Below are positions 10,069-20,031 of a stretch of DNA of 64,000 nt, piece by piece. Source of the DNA: Nitrospirota bacterium (GTDB lineage Bacteria > Nitrospirota > Nitrospiria > Nitrospirales > NS-4); the NCBI GenBank assembly GCA_963788195.1, contig CAWBGA010000017.1, positions 160,001 through 224,000 of the forward strand, given 5' to 3'. The translations under genes were made by a program, and so were the position numbers. The first letter of the stretch is position 1, and each line of letters starts with the position of its first letter. The notes beneath the pieces are model-generated. The model saw nothing but the letters and a program-made list of their open reading frames with translations, searched no databases and had not been told where the DNA came from.

Positions 10069-11170
10069 TTAGTCTTTCCCCACCACGACGGCCTCGCCGG
10101 CCTGCTAATCCTGCGGTGACTTCGACGATCTGTCCTTCATAAGCGCCGAGTTGTATCGGACGCTCCTCCACCTTGCCGTCCCTCACAACGGAAACTGAAA
10201 TGTCCTGGCCCCGGCGCTGCACGGCGGAGCGCGAGATGAGGAGAGCCTTGTCCTTCTGGCCCGTGCTGATTTTCACGTCCATCGCCATGCCAATCCGCAG
10301 TTGCGGATCTGGCTGAATCGGTATCTCAGCCTCTAAAACCTTGGTATCGGTCATCTCTGCAGGATTGTCTGAGTGGACCCGTTTGCGGCCAACACGCCAC
10401 GCGATCTTATTGACGGTGCCGGTGATCTTGCGACCGAGGAAGGCGTCAGAAGTAATGACGGCCGGCATGCCGATTTTCACTTTTCCGGCATCCGATTCAT
10501 CGACCTCGGCCCTGACGACCACGTTCGTGCTGTCCGCAATCGTATACAACGGGTCCGCAGCCGGCACCACCCGGCCCCGCTCGTGATGCTTGGCGATGAC
10601 CCGGCCGTTCAAGGGGGCGTGCACGACAGTATTGTCGAGTTGTGTTCGGATGTACCCCAGCGAGGCTTCAGCCTCCTGGTGGGCCGCCGAGACAGTTCGA
10701 AGCTGCGCCGCCCGTAGGTTAACGGCATGGTGGGCATCATCCAGTTCAGCGCGCGGAGCTACACCGCCGTCGAAGAGACGTTGCACCCGAGCGAGTTGAT
10801 CCTTGCTCTGCGCCAGCTGCACCTGTGCCACCTCGATCGTCGTGCGGGCTTGCTCAACCGCGGAGGAGGCTTGCCGTAATCTCGCTTTGAGCTCCTGGTC
10901 GTCGAGCCGCGCAATCACTTGTCCCACCTGAACCATGTCTCCTTCTTTGACCAGCATTTCGTTGACTAACCCCCCCACCTTCGGACCTACCTCGACTTGC
11001 TCGGAGGAGGCGATCTTTCCATTTGCCGAGACGGTGAAATTTATGCTTCCCAGCTGAGCGAGTTCCGTTTTAAACGATGACCGCTGGTGCCATACGAGGA
11101 ACCCCGAGGCGAGCCCCCCGAGAAGGATCACCGGAATGACGGTGGTCATCAGTCGCCGTCGCGATATCAC
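10069..11170 (-). CDS. Periplasmic adaptor (HlyD/RND MFP, DevB-like); indel near 10100 hides the natural stop
   Basis: N-terminal TM, lipoyl-like VKEGDMVQVGQVIARLD, coiled coil. The shifted frame gives the typical end AGEAVVVGKD* with TAA at 10069-10071. Confidence 0.85.
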
Positions 11171-12294
11171 TGCACGATCCGACCGTCCTCGAGATGGATA
11201 ACCCGGTCGACGATTTTCAGATTGCGCGTGTCATGCGTGACCAGAACCACGGCCCGTCGACCCTCATTTGCGACCTCGCGAAGCAGCTCCGTGACTGCCT
11301 GGCCGCTCTTTGAGTCGAGATTAGCCGTCGGCTCGTCCGCCAGCACCAGCGACGGTGAACCGGCCAAGGCGCGCGCAATCGCCACCCGTTGTTTTTCGCC
11401 ACCGCTCAGATCCCGAGGCAAGAAGTGTTTGCGATGCCCTAGGCCAACGCGTTCAAGAAGACCCTCGGCTTCGCGCCGCGCAACCCCGCCCGTAATTTCT
11501 TTCAGGCGTAGGGCGATCAATATATTCTCCACAGCGGTCAGCGCGCCTAAGAGATTGAACGCCTGAAAGATGAACCCAATATGCTCCCGACGAAGGCGGG
11601 GCAGGGCCGCCTCTAATTTCGTGTCAACTCGTTGATCCATGAGGCGGATCGTTCCTGAGGTGGGGGTGAGGAGAAAGCCCATCATCGAAAGCAACGTGGT
11701 CTTGCCGCTCCCTGAAGGCCCAACCACCGCAACCATTTCTCGCGCATGCAACGTCAACGACACTGACTGTACGGCAATCACTTCTACCTTTCCGTCGCGG
11801 TATTGTTTCCGAAGATTTTCGACTTGCATGACAACCGGACCGGCCGGAGCGGCAGCTACATTCGCCTGCGTGAGCACCGAGTGCACAGCCTGAATTTCTT
11901 GGCGGGCCATACTTTCGATTTCTCCAATGACAGAGGCCTTTTTCTCGGCGATCCTTAAAACTGTGATTACCGTCGAGAGCGCAGTCACGCCTTTGTCAAG
12001 CACGGCGTATTGTTTAGCCGGAAAATTTACGGGCTTCTGCTGCATCTCCTGCAAAACAGGGATGAGGGTAAAGGCCAAGTCATCGATGCATGGCAGGTTG
12101 ATGGTGGCGGCGGAGCCTCTCAGATTGGTGAGATTTCCGAGGAGCCCCTCATAGAGACGGGATCGCTCTTGTGGAGATGCCGACTCAAGCGCGAGCAACC
12201 CGGCCTTGATCTGGCGGATCCAATCCGCAGCCTCTATTGCAAAGACCTTCAGGACTTCTTCAAGAAAGTCCCCTTCGATGACATTCTCAGACAT
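11167..12294 (-). CDS. ABC transporter ATPase (LolD/DevA/MacB-like) with N-terminal HPt-like helical domain
   Basis: Walker A GPSGSGKT, signature LSGGEKQRVAIARAL, ADEPT, VTHD. The N-terminal ~150 aa resemble an HPt/CheA-P1 bundle. Confidence 0.88.
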   Translation of the reverse strand: MSENVIEGDFLEEVLKVFAIEAADWIRQIKAGLLALESASPQERSRLYEGLLGNLTNLRGSAATINLPCIDDLAFTLIPVLQEMQQKPVNFPAKQYAVLDKGVTALSTVITVLRIAEKKASVIGEIESMARQEIQAVHSVLTQANVAAAPAGPVVMQVENLRKQYRDGKVEVIAVQSVSLTLHAREMVAVVGPSGSGKTTLLSMMGFLLTPTSGTIRLMDQRVDTKLEAALPRLRREHIGFIFQAFNLLGALTAVENILIALRLKEITGGVARREAEGLLERVGLGHRKHFLPRDLSGGEKQRVAIARALAGSPSLVLADEPTANLDSKSGQAVTELLREVANEGRRAVVLVTHDTRNLKIVDRVIHLEDGRIVQ

Positions 12295-12352
12295 CAAACG
12301 TTTGCCCCCCCATTGGACTTCCAGTACCAAGCCCCGTGCCTCCTGATCCGCT

Positions 12353-13483
12353 TTACCGGAACACCTCCGCCGGTTCGACTCGCATTGCCTTCCAGACAGA
12401 GACAAAGGCGGCAAAAAAGCACATCGTAAAGGTCGCCACCAGCAGGCTCATGAGAGCCCACGTTGGCAGCACCAGCGCTGCCCCAATCTTCTCATACAAG
12501 TCTTTTGTGAAATAGGTGATCGCCATCCCGACGAGAAAGCCCAGAAACGCATTCACAAATGCCTGGTGAAAGATGATCTGGTAGATGTGACGGTTTTCTG
12601 CGCCGATGGCTTTCAGAGTGCCGAACTCCTTCAGATGATCCATCGTCGAGCTGTAGATCGTCTGTCCCACAATCACGATACCCACCAGGAATGCCATGAC
12701 CATAGTGACAAGAAAGCCGATGCCCATGCCGGTATCGAACATCCAATAGCGCATCGTCTTCCAGGAGTATTCGGCTTTCGTGTACACATCGACATGGTCC
12801 ACGCTCCGGCGTATTTCCTGAACCACGTCTTTGGGATTCAGCCCCGGAACAACGCGAACCAGGATAAATACGGTTCTCTCAGGGCCCCCCAGAAACCCTT
12901 GGCCGATCTGTTGCGCGGTGGCATAGGAGGTAAACACGACCGGGGCCGTCGTGAAAGACTTCACATCGCGGGAGATACCGACGATTTTTAACCGCTGTCC
13001 AAGCACCTCCCGATACTCCCCAACCGTCAGCTTGCCCAGATGCGCTTCGGATGACTCATCCATAATGGCGTGTAGCCCGCCCTTCACATCGCTGACCGTG
13101 CCTTCCCGCATGTTCCAAGGCCCGCCAATTCCAGTGTCGGGGTCGTACCCGACGACTTCGACCTGCTCGCTTCCGCCGTCCGGGTTCCTCGTGACGCCCC
13201 ATGCCAAGATCAATTTTTCCACACTGGCCACCCCCTGTGCTCGTTGCACCTGGTTGACCTTCCGTTCTGAAATCGGCTGTGAGAAGTCGAAATTCTTGGA
13301 GTTCTTGGAGGTGACCCAGATGTCCGTATCGACATGATCGATGATCAACGAGCTGTTTTCCATGAAACCAAGAAAGAGCCCTGCCTGAGCCGCCATCAAG
13401 ATCACCGAGAAGGTCACGCCGACGATGGCGATTGCAAGGCGTGTCGGGTCATGTATGAGGTTTTTAATCGCAAGCGTAAACAC
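12353..13483 (-). CDS. ABC transporter permease (DevC/FtsX-like)
   Basis: N-terminal TM, periplasmic MacB-like domain, EFGTLKAIGA motif, three C-terminal TMs. Confidence 0.9.
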   Translation of the reverse strand: MFTLAIKNLIHDPTRLAIAIVGVTFSVILMAAQAGLFLGFMENSSLIIDHVDTDIWVTSKNSKNFDFSQPISERKVNQVQRAQGVASVEKLILAWGVTRNPDGGSEQVEVVGYDPDTGIGGPWNMREGTVSDVKGGLHAIMDESSEAHLGKLTVGEYREVLGQRLKIVGISRDVKSFTTAPVVFTSYATAQQIGQGFLGGPERTVFILVRVVPGLNPKDVVQEIRRSVDHVDVYTKAEYSWKTMRYWMFDTGMGIGFLVTMVMAFLVGIVIVGQTIYSSTMDHLKEFGTLKAIGAENRHIYQIIFHQAFVNAFLGFLVGMAITYFTKDLYEKIGAALVLPTWALMSLLVATFTMCFFAAFVSVWKAMRVEPAEVFR

Positions 13484-13559
13484 TGTGAAAGCCGCCTTTG
13501 AGTTGAAATCTCCATGATTATACCTCTTTAGAGCGCTTTGCCCTAATCAATTTAAAGTC
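13441..13559. repeat. Direct repeat copy 1 (permease 5' end plus upstream region)
   Basis: gtgtcgggtcatg...ttttaatcgcaagcgtaaacactgtga...gccctaatcaatttaaagtc recurs, diverged, at 15454-15574. Confidence 0.9.
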
Positions 13560-13619
13560 CCGCACTTTCCGCCCTCAGGCCGGATGATGGTCTTCTCCTC
13601 GGATGGCGCGGACCGCGTG

Positions 13620-15305
13620 CTACTTGTTTTCATTCCCGTGGTCGATCGGACGTCCTGCAATGACTCCGATTCCGTAGCGCCCCGGAGCCAGAATGTTGTG
13701 AGGGTCCAGCGCGGTTTTGATCCGGTTGGCAAGATGTTGAAATTCAGGGGAGGCTTCGAGAATTCGATCCATGTATGCGACGGAGGTTCTGTACTGCTGA
13801 TAGCCGGCTGCGAGCGTCGCGGTGCACAACTCCTCGTAGAGGCCGGCTGCTCGCGTTGCGGCGCCCGCCTGGTCCTTGTGATAGAAGATCGACATGAGCA
13901 CAATCATGGACCGGGGATTCTGAAGAAGCAGCGCCACATAAAAATCAAATTGATATTTGTTGAAAAGAGGCCGGCAGATGTTCAGCAGCTCGGTGACGTG
14001 CCGGCCGGTCAAAGGCGCCACCGGAGCGAACCACATGAGACCGACCTGATCCCGCACCGGGTCCACGTCACAGTCAGGCTTCGGAGTCCGCGCGTTAAAA
14101 TAGGCGTGCCGTACGAAAAACTCGCAGGGAATCCCCTTCCCGATGCCATGGCCGTGAGGAGCCACCTCCATCGCTTCAATGGGTTTGCCCGCCATAGACC
14201 GAATAAAGCGATCGAACAGGCCCGAGAGGAAGGAACCTTTTAGCTTCTTCGAGAGCCCCACCAGACGTTCAATCTGGGCGATTCTTTGATCATTCAGGAA
14301 CATGACCCTGCCATACGGACGCAGGGCGTGCTTTATCAATGTTCGAGCAATGGTGATCTGCTGTTCGCTACCGTAGAGCCAACCTGTGAAACTCCAGGAA
14401 GCGAGCCCGTACTTAGCGGATAACCGGAGCAGTGTTTCTGAAGAAAGACACGTTTGATCGGCCAGACCCTCCCGTTGGTACTGCGTCAGAATGGCTAATG
14501 CGACGACTGCATTGCCCCCATGGATTGCGCTGTGTATGACGCCGTGCAATGCGAGGCGGCGGATCGCATCAATGGTGGCGGGCAGATTTCCGTCGTCTCG
14601 GAGCTCGAAGACAAAAGAGCTATAACTTTCCGGTGCCGGCATCAACCAGATGCCCGCTTTCGTGACGATTCCCAAATTGGACTGGCCGAACAGCCCTTCA
14701 AGATACGGTCCCGTTCCCCACTTGTAGGTATGCCATGTCCGAGAGCTGGGCGGACCGCCTCCAGTCCGAATCATCTCGCCGGTGGGGAGAATCACCTCCA
14801 TCCCGCACAGATTCCCGAAATGATCATGGTACGGCGTGGCGCCGACGCCCTTATCAAGAGCGTTCCCGATCACGCTGCCTTCAGGAGGACCATCGGTACA
14901 ATCGCACCATAGTTTGATCTTGTTCTCCTTGAGATACTGGTTGAGCTGCCGATAGGTCACGCCCGGCTCGATGACCGCGTAGGCGAGCTCCTCGTTCACT
15001 TCAATGATACGGTTCAGGCGCCGCAGGATAAGAATGACCGCGCCCGTATGGGCGGCGACCGTCGTGCCATAGCCCCAGTTTTTGCCCGTGCTGTATGGCC
15101 AGATCGAAAGGTGTGCGTCGGCGGCGATCCTGAGAATTTCCTGAATCTCTTGCGCGTCGCCAGGAGATACCACCGCCGAGCAGGTGCGCTCCCAAGGAAT
15201 GGTACAGCGTGAGTATTGTTCGACAGCGGTTTCGTCGGTAAGAACGTAGTGCTCGCCGACGATCGCTCGGATCTTTGCAATGGCACTGTCAAATGAGCTG
15301 TGCAT
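13620..15305 (-). CDS. FAD-linked oxidase/dehydrogenase, VAO / p-cresol methylhydroxylase flavoprotein family
   Basis: STGKNWGYG, IEPGVTY, GSVIGNALDKGVG.TPY, LCGMEVILPTG, YKWGTGPYLEGLF.QSNLGIVTK and IKTALDPHNILAPGRYGI motifs. Confidence 0.88.
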   Translation of the reverse strand: MHSSFDSAIAKIRAIVGEHYVLTDETAVEQYSRCTIPWERTCSAVVSPGDAQEIQEILRIAADAHLSIWPYSTGKNWGYGTTVAAHTGAVILILRRLNRIIEVNEELAYAVIEPGVTYRQLNQYLKENKIKLWCDCTDGPPEGSVIGNALDKGVGATPYHDHFGNLCGMEVILPTGEMIRTGGGPPSSRTWHTYKWGTGPYLEGLFGQSNLGIVTKAGIWLMPAPESYSSFVFELRDDGNLPATIDAIRRLALHGVIHSAIHGGNAVVALAILTQYQREGLADQTCLSSETLLRLSAKYGLASWSFTGWLYGSEQQITIARTLIKHALRPYGRVMFLNDQRIAQIERLVGLSKKLKGSFLSGLFDRFIRSMAGKPIEAMEVAPHGHGIGKGIPCEFFVRHAYFNARTPKPDCDVDPVRDQVGLMWFAPVAPLTGRHVTELLNICRPLFNKYQFDFYVALLLQNPRSMIVLMSIFYHKDQAGAATRAAGLYEELCTATLAAGYQQYRTSVAYMDRILEASPEFQHLANRIKTALDPHNILAPGRYGIGVIAGRPIDHGNENK

Positions 15306-15362
15306 CAGGATCTACACAGGCTCCTGAGCTACCGAGGAAAGAACGTTAGGTCTCCTTACGCT

Positions 15363-15574
15363 CAACCGTCAGCTTGCCCGATGCTTTTCAGACGACTCAT
15401 CCAGAATGGCGTGCCACTCCCAGTTCGCATCGGTCGCCGTGACGATAGCAAGGGTGTCGGGTCATGCTATGAGAGTTTTAATCGCAAGCGTAAACACTGT
15501 GAGAATCACCTTTGAGGTAAAATCTCCACGATTATATCTCCTTAGAGCATTTTTGCCCTAATCAATTTAAAGTC
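15363..15574 (-). pseudogene. Degenerate, internally deleted copy of the ABC permease 5' end and its upstream region (repeat copy 2)
   Basis: 15454-15574 matches 13441-13559. 15363-15413 (caaccgtcagcttgccc..gactcatcca.aatggcgtg) matches 13021-13072 inside the permease. Confidence 0.8.
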
Positions 15575-15690
15575 TCATAAATCCCTCCAGCCTGCGAGCC
15601 CACGATCACGATGGCCGGATGCGCGCTTCTTTTTTTGTTGGATACTGTTCACCTTTGCAATAAACTTCAGTTACGTCATTTTAGCTAGGG

Positions 15691-15975
15691 ATGCAACATG
15701 CCGCGATGCGCGCATTGTCTAGGAAAACTCATCTGCGAGACCGACTGGACTCCGCCGGGTTTGCGCGAAGCCGGCGTGGACGCTATCCACCGGGCATGCA
15801 ATTTCCGCGTTATCTCGCGCCATTCAATGCCTGGAAGTACCACCAGGGCGAAATCATGCAGAAGATCGTTGAAAACAGCGCTTGGGGGCATGGGGCATAT
15901 GCGCCTGGGCCGGATGTCACCGAGCAGATGAAGTGGTCCCTTTCGGTTGGTATGGCCCAAAGTTCTAACCAGTGA
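15691..15975 (+). CDS. Small hypothetical ORF or remnant of a truncated gene at the head of the ligase/reductase operon
   Basis: Its stop overlaps the GTG start of the next gene (GTGA at 15972-15975). The C-terminal part FPRYLAPFNAWKYHQGEIMQKIVE looks protein-like; family not recognised. Confidence 0.35.
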   Translation: MQHAAMRALSRKTHLRDRLDSAGFARSRRGRYPPGMQFPRYLAPFNAWKYHQGEIMQKIVENSAWGHGAYAPGPDVTEQMKWSLSVGMAQSSNQ

Positions 15976-17817
15976 CGCCCGAATCAGTCGAACATTTCTT
16001 TGCTGGGGTCGACACAGTTCCCGCCCTGCTGGCGAAGCGGGTAGCTCTCACCCCCGGCACGCCGGCGCACTTCACCCAGGATGCGGGCGGCGCCTGGAGG
16101 CCGACGACCTGGTCCGACCTTGTTGTGGCCATCCAGAAGGTTGCGGCGGGTTTGGCTGATCTGGGTCTCGTGCATGGAGACCGCATTGCCATACTGGCAG
16201 GGACGTCGCAAGACTGGGAGATCTGCCAAATCGCGGCCCTGCAGCTCGGCGTAACGGTCATCGGCATCGATCCATACTATCCGGCCGGACAGATCAATCC
16301 AATCGTTTCCGGGTTGAAACCCGTAGCTCTGGTCGTCGGCGACGTCAGCCTCTTGCAGCGTGTCGATCCGGCACTCCGCGCACAGCTGCGCTTCGTGGTG
16401 ATGATCGGCGATCGGGCGGTGACCGAGAGCGTCGTCAGTTTGGCGGCTTTAAAAAACCGCGACAAAAAAGCGCTCGCCACCAGGTCGGCCGTACCAATTC
16501 GTGGCGAGGATCCGGCGATGATCGTCTTTTCGTCGGGGACCGCCGGAATTCCCACACCTATCGTGTACACGCACGCTCAGGTGTGTCTAGCCTGCCGCGC
16601 GTTAGTCGAAACATACGACGACCTCGATGACCGCAGCAGCCTGGTTTGCTGGTTGCCGCTGTCCAACCTTTTCCAGCGCGTTCAAAACATCGGCGCAATC
16701 GTGACGGGGCAGGCGTCCTATATCGTCAACGATCCGCGGAAGGTCATGGAATGCGTGCCGGTGGCGAATCCGCAGGTCTTTATCGCCGTGCCGCGCTTTT
16801 GCGAGCGTTTGTACGCCGGCATCGAGGAAAAACTGTCCACATTGCCGAAGCCACTCGGCGCAATGATCAAAGGCGGGATTGCCGCCAACGTGCGTGAGAA
16901 CCAACTCAAAGCCGCGGACTTGCCGGTGCCTCTCGGCACCAGAATGTTCGCCATGCTGGCGCGCCGCACGGTGCTCAAGGGCCTGAGCCACATCATGGGG
17001 TCAAATCTCAAGTACATCGTCAGCGGCTCGGCGCCGTGCCCGATGTGGCTGCTGGAAACCTTTGGCGCGATCGGCATTCCGATACTCGAGGCCTATGGCC
17101 AGAGCGAGAACATTATACCGATCGCCGCCAACGTGCCGTCGGCCGTCAAGCTGGGGACGGTCGGGCGTCCTTTCAAGTACAACGAGGTGCGCGCTATCGG
17201 ATGAAGGCGTGATTGAGGTGCGAAGTCCCGGTGTGTTTCACGCCGATCTTGCGGAGAACCAGGCGCGCCCCGCGCTGACGCCGGACGGTTATCTTGTGAC
17301 CGGGGATCTGGGCGAGTTCGTATCCGGCGGCTACCTAAAGCTGACCGGCCGTCAGGCCGAGGTCTTCAAGACCCCGAACGGACGCTGGGCATCGCCGGGC
17401 GACATCGAGGCTGCGCTTCGGCGTGTACATTATGTCGATCAGGCTGCGGTGCTGATCCGTGACAGCGGCACCATACTTGCGATGTTGGTCATCTCAGCGA
17501 CGGCATATGCCCACGCCGGCGCCAATTCCAAGCCCCCCGGCGAGCTGGACCTTACCGATCCGCGGGTGCAGGAGGCAATACGCGGGGACTTGACGCGCGA
17601 GTTGGCCGCTCTTGCGCCGGCGATCTGGCCGCGCGGGTTGGTGCTCACCACCCGCATGTTTTCGATCGACGGCGGGGAACTGACCACCAATTTCAAGCTG
17701 CGTCGCGCGGCGATCGACAAGAAGTATGATTCCGCCTTGGCCGGATTGAGCCGGGAAATCCACGCCGCTAGGTCGTCGCGGACGGAGTCGGAACCAATGA
17801 GGATGCACGTTCTTTGA
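15972..17817 (+). CDS. Long-chain acyl-CoA synthetase / AMP-binding enzyme; split by an indel near 17190-17204
   Basis: FSSGTAGIP A3-like motif, SGSAP, EAYGQSE and GTVGRP in the first ORF; TGDLG, TGRQAEVFK and ELTTNFKLRR in ORF 17062..17817. Confidence 0.85.
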
Positions 17818-18935
17818 ACAGTTACTTCTTGACCGGCGGCACCGGTACCGTAGGTAGTCGTATCCTGGAGCACCTGCTGGCGCAACGCGACAGCCACGTC
17901 TACCTGCTTGCGCGTGCCGATTCGGACGAGAACGGCGAAAACCGCAAATTCCATTTGCTGCAAACCATCATGGGCGCAAACGGTGCGAAACATGCCGATC
18001 GCGTGACGGCGATCCGCGGCGACACCAAGCTGCCGCTGTTCGGCATGTCGCAGGACCAGTACCAACGACTGGCCGGTGTATGCACCCATGTCATCCATAG
18101 CGCGGGCCTGGTGCGGTTGAACCTGCCGATCGAAGAAGCGCGCGATTCGGCGGTCGGCGCGGCCGAGAACGTGATCAGCTTCGCGCGGGCGCTGCAGCAG
18201 TCCGGGCAGTTGCAGAAAATTGAGTTCGTCAGCACGGTGGGGGTCGGCGGCCGCCTCAAGGAGGTGGTTGAGGGCTGGATCGCAACGCCGCGCGATTTCC
18301 ACAACACCTACGAGCAGGCCAAGGCCGAGGCTGAGATTCGCGTACAAGCCGCCGTTGGCGAGGGGTTACCGATCACGGTACATCGGCCGAGCATGGTGGT
18401 CGGCGATTCCGTGACAGGACGCACCATCAGTTTCCAGGTCTTCTACCACCTGTGCGAATTTCTGACCGGGTCGCGCAGTCGCGGTTTGTTGCCGTCGTTC
18501 GGGAGCACCAGACTCGACACGATTCCGGTCGACTACGTCGCTAAGGCCATGATCTGGTCGTCCGGCCAAACACAAACCATCGGCAAAATCATGCATCTGT
18601 GCTCGGGGCCGCGTGACGCGATTCCGATCGGCGATTTGCAGCGCCTGGTTGTCGCCACGTTCCGCGCCAAGGGCGTCGCGTTGCCGAAGACCAGGATTAT
18701 CCCGCGCCCCTTGTTCCGCGGCATGCTGGTGCCTCTAGGAATGCTGGCGCCGGAAAAAATACGTGCTTCCATTAAAACGGTGCCGATCTTTCTCGACTAC
18801 CTCGCCTCCGAAATGGTGTTCCATAACGAAGCCACCGGGAAACTGCTCGGCCCGGAGGGCATCACCGTACCGCCGACCTCCGCCTATCTGGAGAAAGTAT
18901 TGAACTACTATCTCGCCCGGCGCGAACGCAAGTAA
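17814..18935 (+). CDS. Extended SDR, fatty acyl-CoA/thioester reductase-like (NAD_binding_4)
   Basis: TGGTGTVG, IHSAG, YEQAK catalytic motif, RPSMVVGDS and PVDYVA. TTG start overlaps the upstream stop. Confidence 0.85.
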   Translation: MNSYFLTGGTGTVGSRILEHLLAQRDSHVYLLARADSDENGENRKFHLLQTIMGANGAKHADRVTAIRGDTKLPLFGMSQDQYQRLAGVCTHVIHSAGLVRLNLPIEEARDSAVGAAENVISFARALQQSGQLQKIEFVSTVGVGGRLKEVVEGWIATPRDFHNTYEQAKAEAEIRVQAAVGEGLPITVHRPSMVVGDSVTGRTISFQVFYHLCEFLTGSRSRGLLPSFGSTRLDTIPVDYVAKAMIWSSGQTQTIGKIMHLCSGPRDAIPIGDLQRLVVATFRAKGVALPKTRIIPRPLFRGMLVPLGMLAPEKIRASIKTVPIFLDYLASEMVFHNEATGKLLGPEGITVPPTSAYLEKVLNYYLARRERK

Positions 18936-18977
18936 AAGACGGACTGGCCATGACATCGCCGGCTGTGCGCCTTGGAA

Positions 18978-19952
18978 TCATATCCTCGTCCGTGACCGTA
19001 ATAGTTCGCGGATCCACCTGCGTGCTATCCACCTCTTCAGGCGTTGAACGGGGTTGCGGTTGCCGCCGATAAGTCTTCCCTGAACGAAACGCCCCAGATA
19101 GCTATCGAACTGCTGATACCAGGGCGCCGCACGTACTGGACCGCGTCCAAGGATGATCTTCAGCGCTTCGCAAACCACGACACTGGCTGCCAGTTGACAG
19201 GCCAGGCCGCTGGAGGGTCCCGTGCGAGCGGCAATGTCCACGAACGTCATTGACATGTACGTCCGATGAGTTCCCCGTGGCGCGAGCCCAACCAGGAAAG
19301 CCGCAAATATATCGACCGGCTCCATGGCATCACAAAAATCAAAGTATCGATCGAAGCTCATCCCCTGGGGCGCAAACACCAACCATGCCGTGCTGAAGCC
19401 CAGAGGGGCAGCCGTGATTGAATACAGACCCTGCTCGGCCGCTATCCGAAATAGGAGCCGACGGGTATCGAGTTCGAAGAAATCAATCCCATCCACGAAC
19501 AGATTAGCGTCTTGGAAAAACTTCTGTACGTTGTCGGCACAAAGTGGCTCGCGAATGATTCGGACGTCTACTTCCGGATTGATGTCTCGCAACACCTCGG
19601 CCATCACCTCAACCTTGGAGCGCCCCATAGCCTTCACCGTCGCACCGTATTGTCGATTAGTATTCGTGACTGTGAAGATGTCGGGATCCGCGATCGTGAA
19701 CGCGCCAACCCCTAGGCGAGCGAATGTAACGGCATGCACGCCGCCGACACCCCCCATCCCCACAATCGCAACCCGAGTCCTGCGCAATCGCTGCTGCTCT
19801 TCAGGACTGATCAGACCAACGTTCCGGGAAAAGGCTTCTTCATAACACCAGGAAGTTGGTGAGATTATGGATTGCTCTGCGGTGATGCCCCTCTCAGCTT
19901 TCAATGCGTTCTCCCATGGGGCGATACAATACAAAGAGACCAGCCAAGCCAA
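18978..19952 (-). CDS. ThiF/E1-family adenylyltransferase (type found with N-acyl amino acid synthases)
   Basis: YEEAFSRNVGLIS..EQ, GMGGVG, ADPD.F...NTNRQ, DGIDFF, TAAPLG, GMSFDRYF and GPS...ACQL motifs. Start uncertain. Confidence 0.88.
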   Translation of the reverse strand: MAWLVSLYCIAPWENALKAERGITAEQSIISPTSWCYEEAFSRNVGLISPEEQQRLRRTRVAIVGMGGVGGVHAVTFARLGVGAFTIADPDIFTVTNTNRQYGATVKAMGRSKVEVMAEVLRDINPEVDVRIIREPLCADNVQKFFQDANLFVDGIDFFELDTRRLLFRIAAEQGLYSITAAPLGFSTAWLVFAPQGMSFDRYFDFCDAMEPVDIFAAFLVGLAPRGTHRTYMSMTFVDIAARTGPSSGLACQLAASVVVCEALKIILGRGPVRAAPWYQQFDSYLGRFVQGRLIGGNRNPVQRLKRWIARRWIRELLRSRTRI

Positions 19953-20031
19953 GTGGCTCGTCTAGGTGGATGATCATAGGATGTTGTTCCATATCTATAT
20001 GGATCGGATTCTATCGTATGAACCAAGTATT

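Noticed and set aside
8531..11170. 879-aa adaptor-TolC fusion protein
   Set aside because: One extra base near 10100 masks the normal adaptor end (AGEAVVVGKD*). TolC has its own ATG and signal peptide at 10066.
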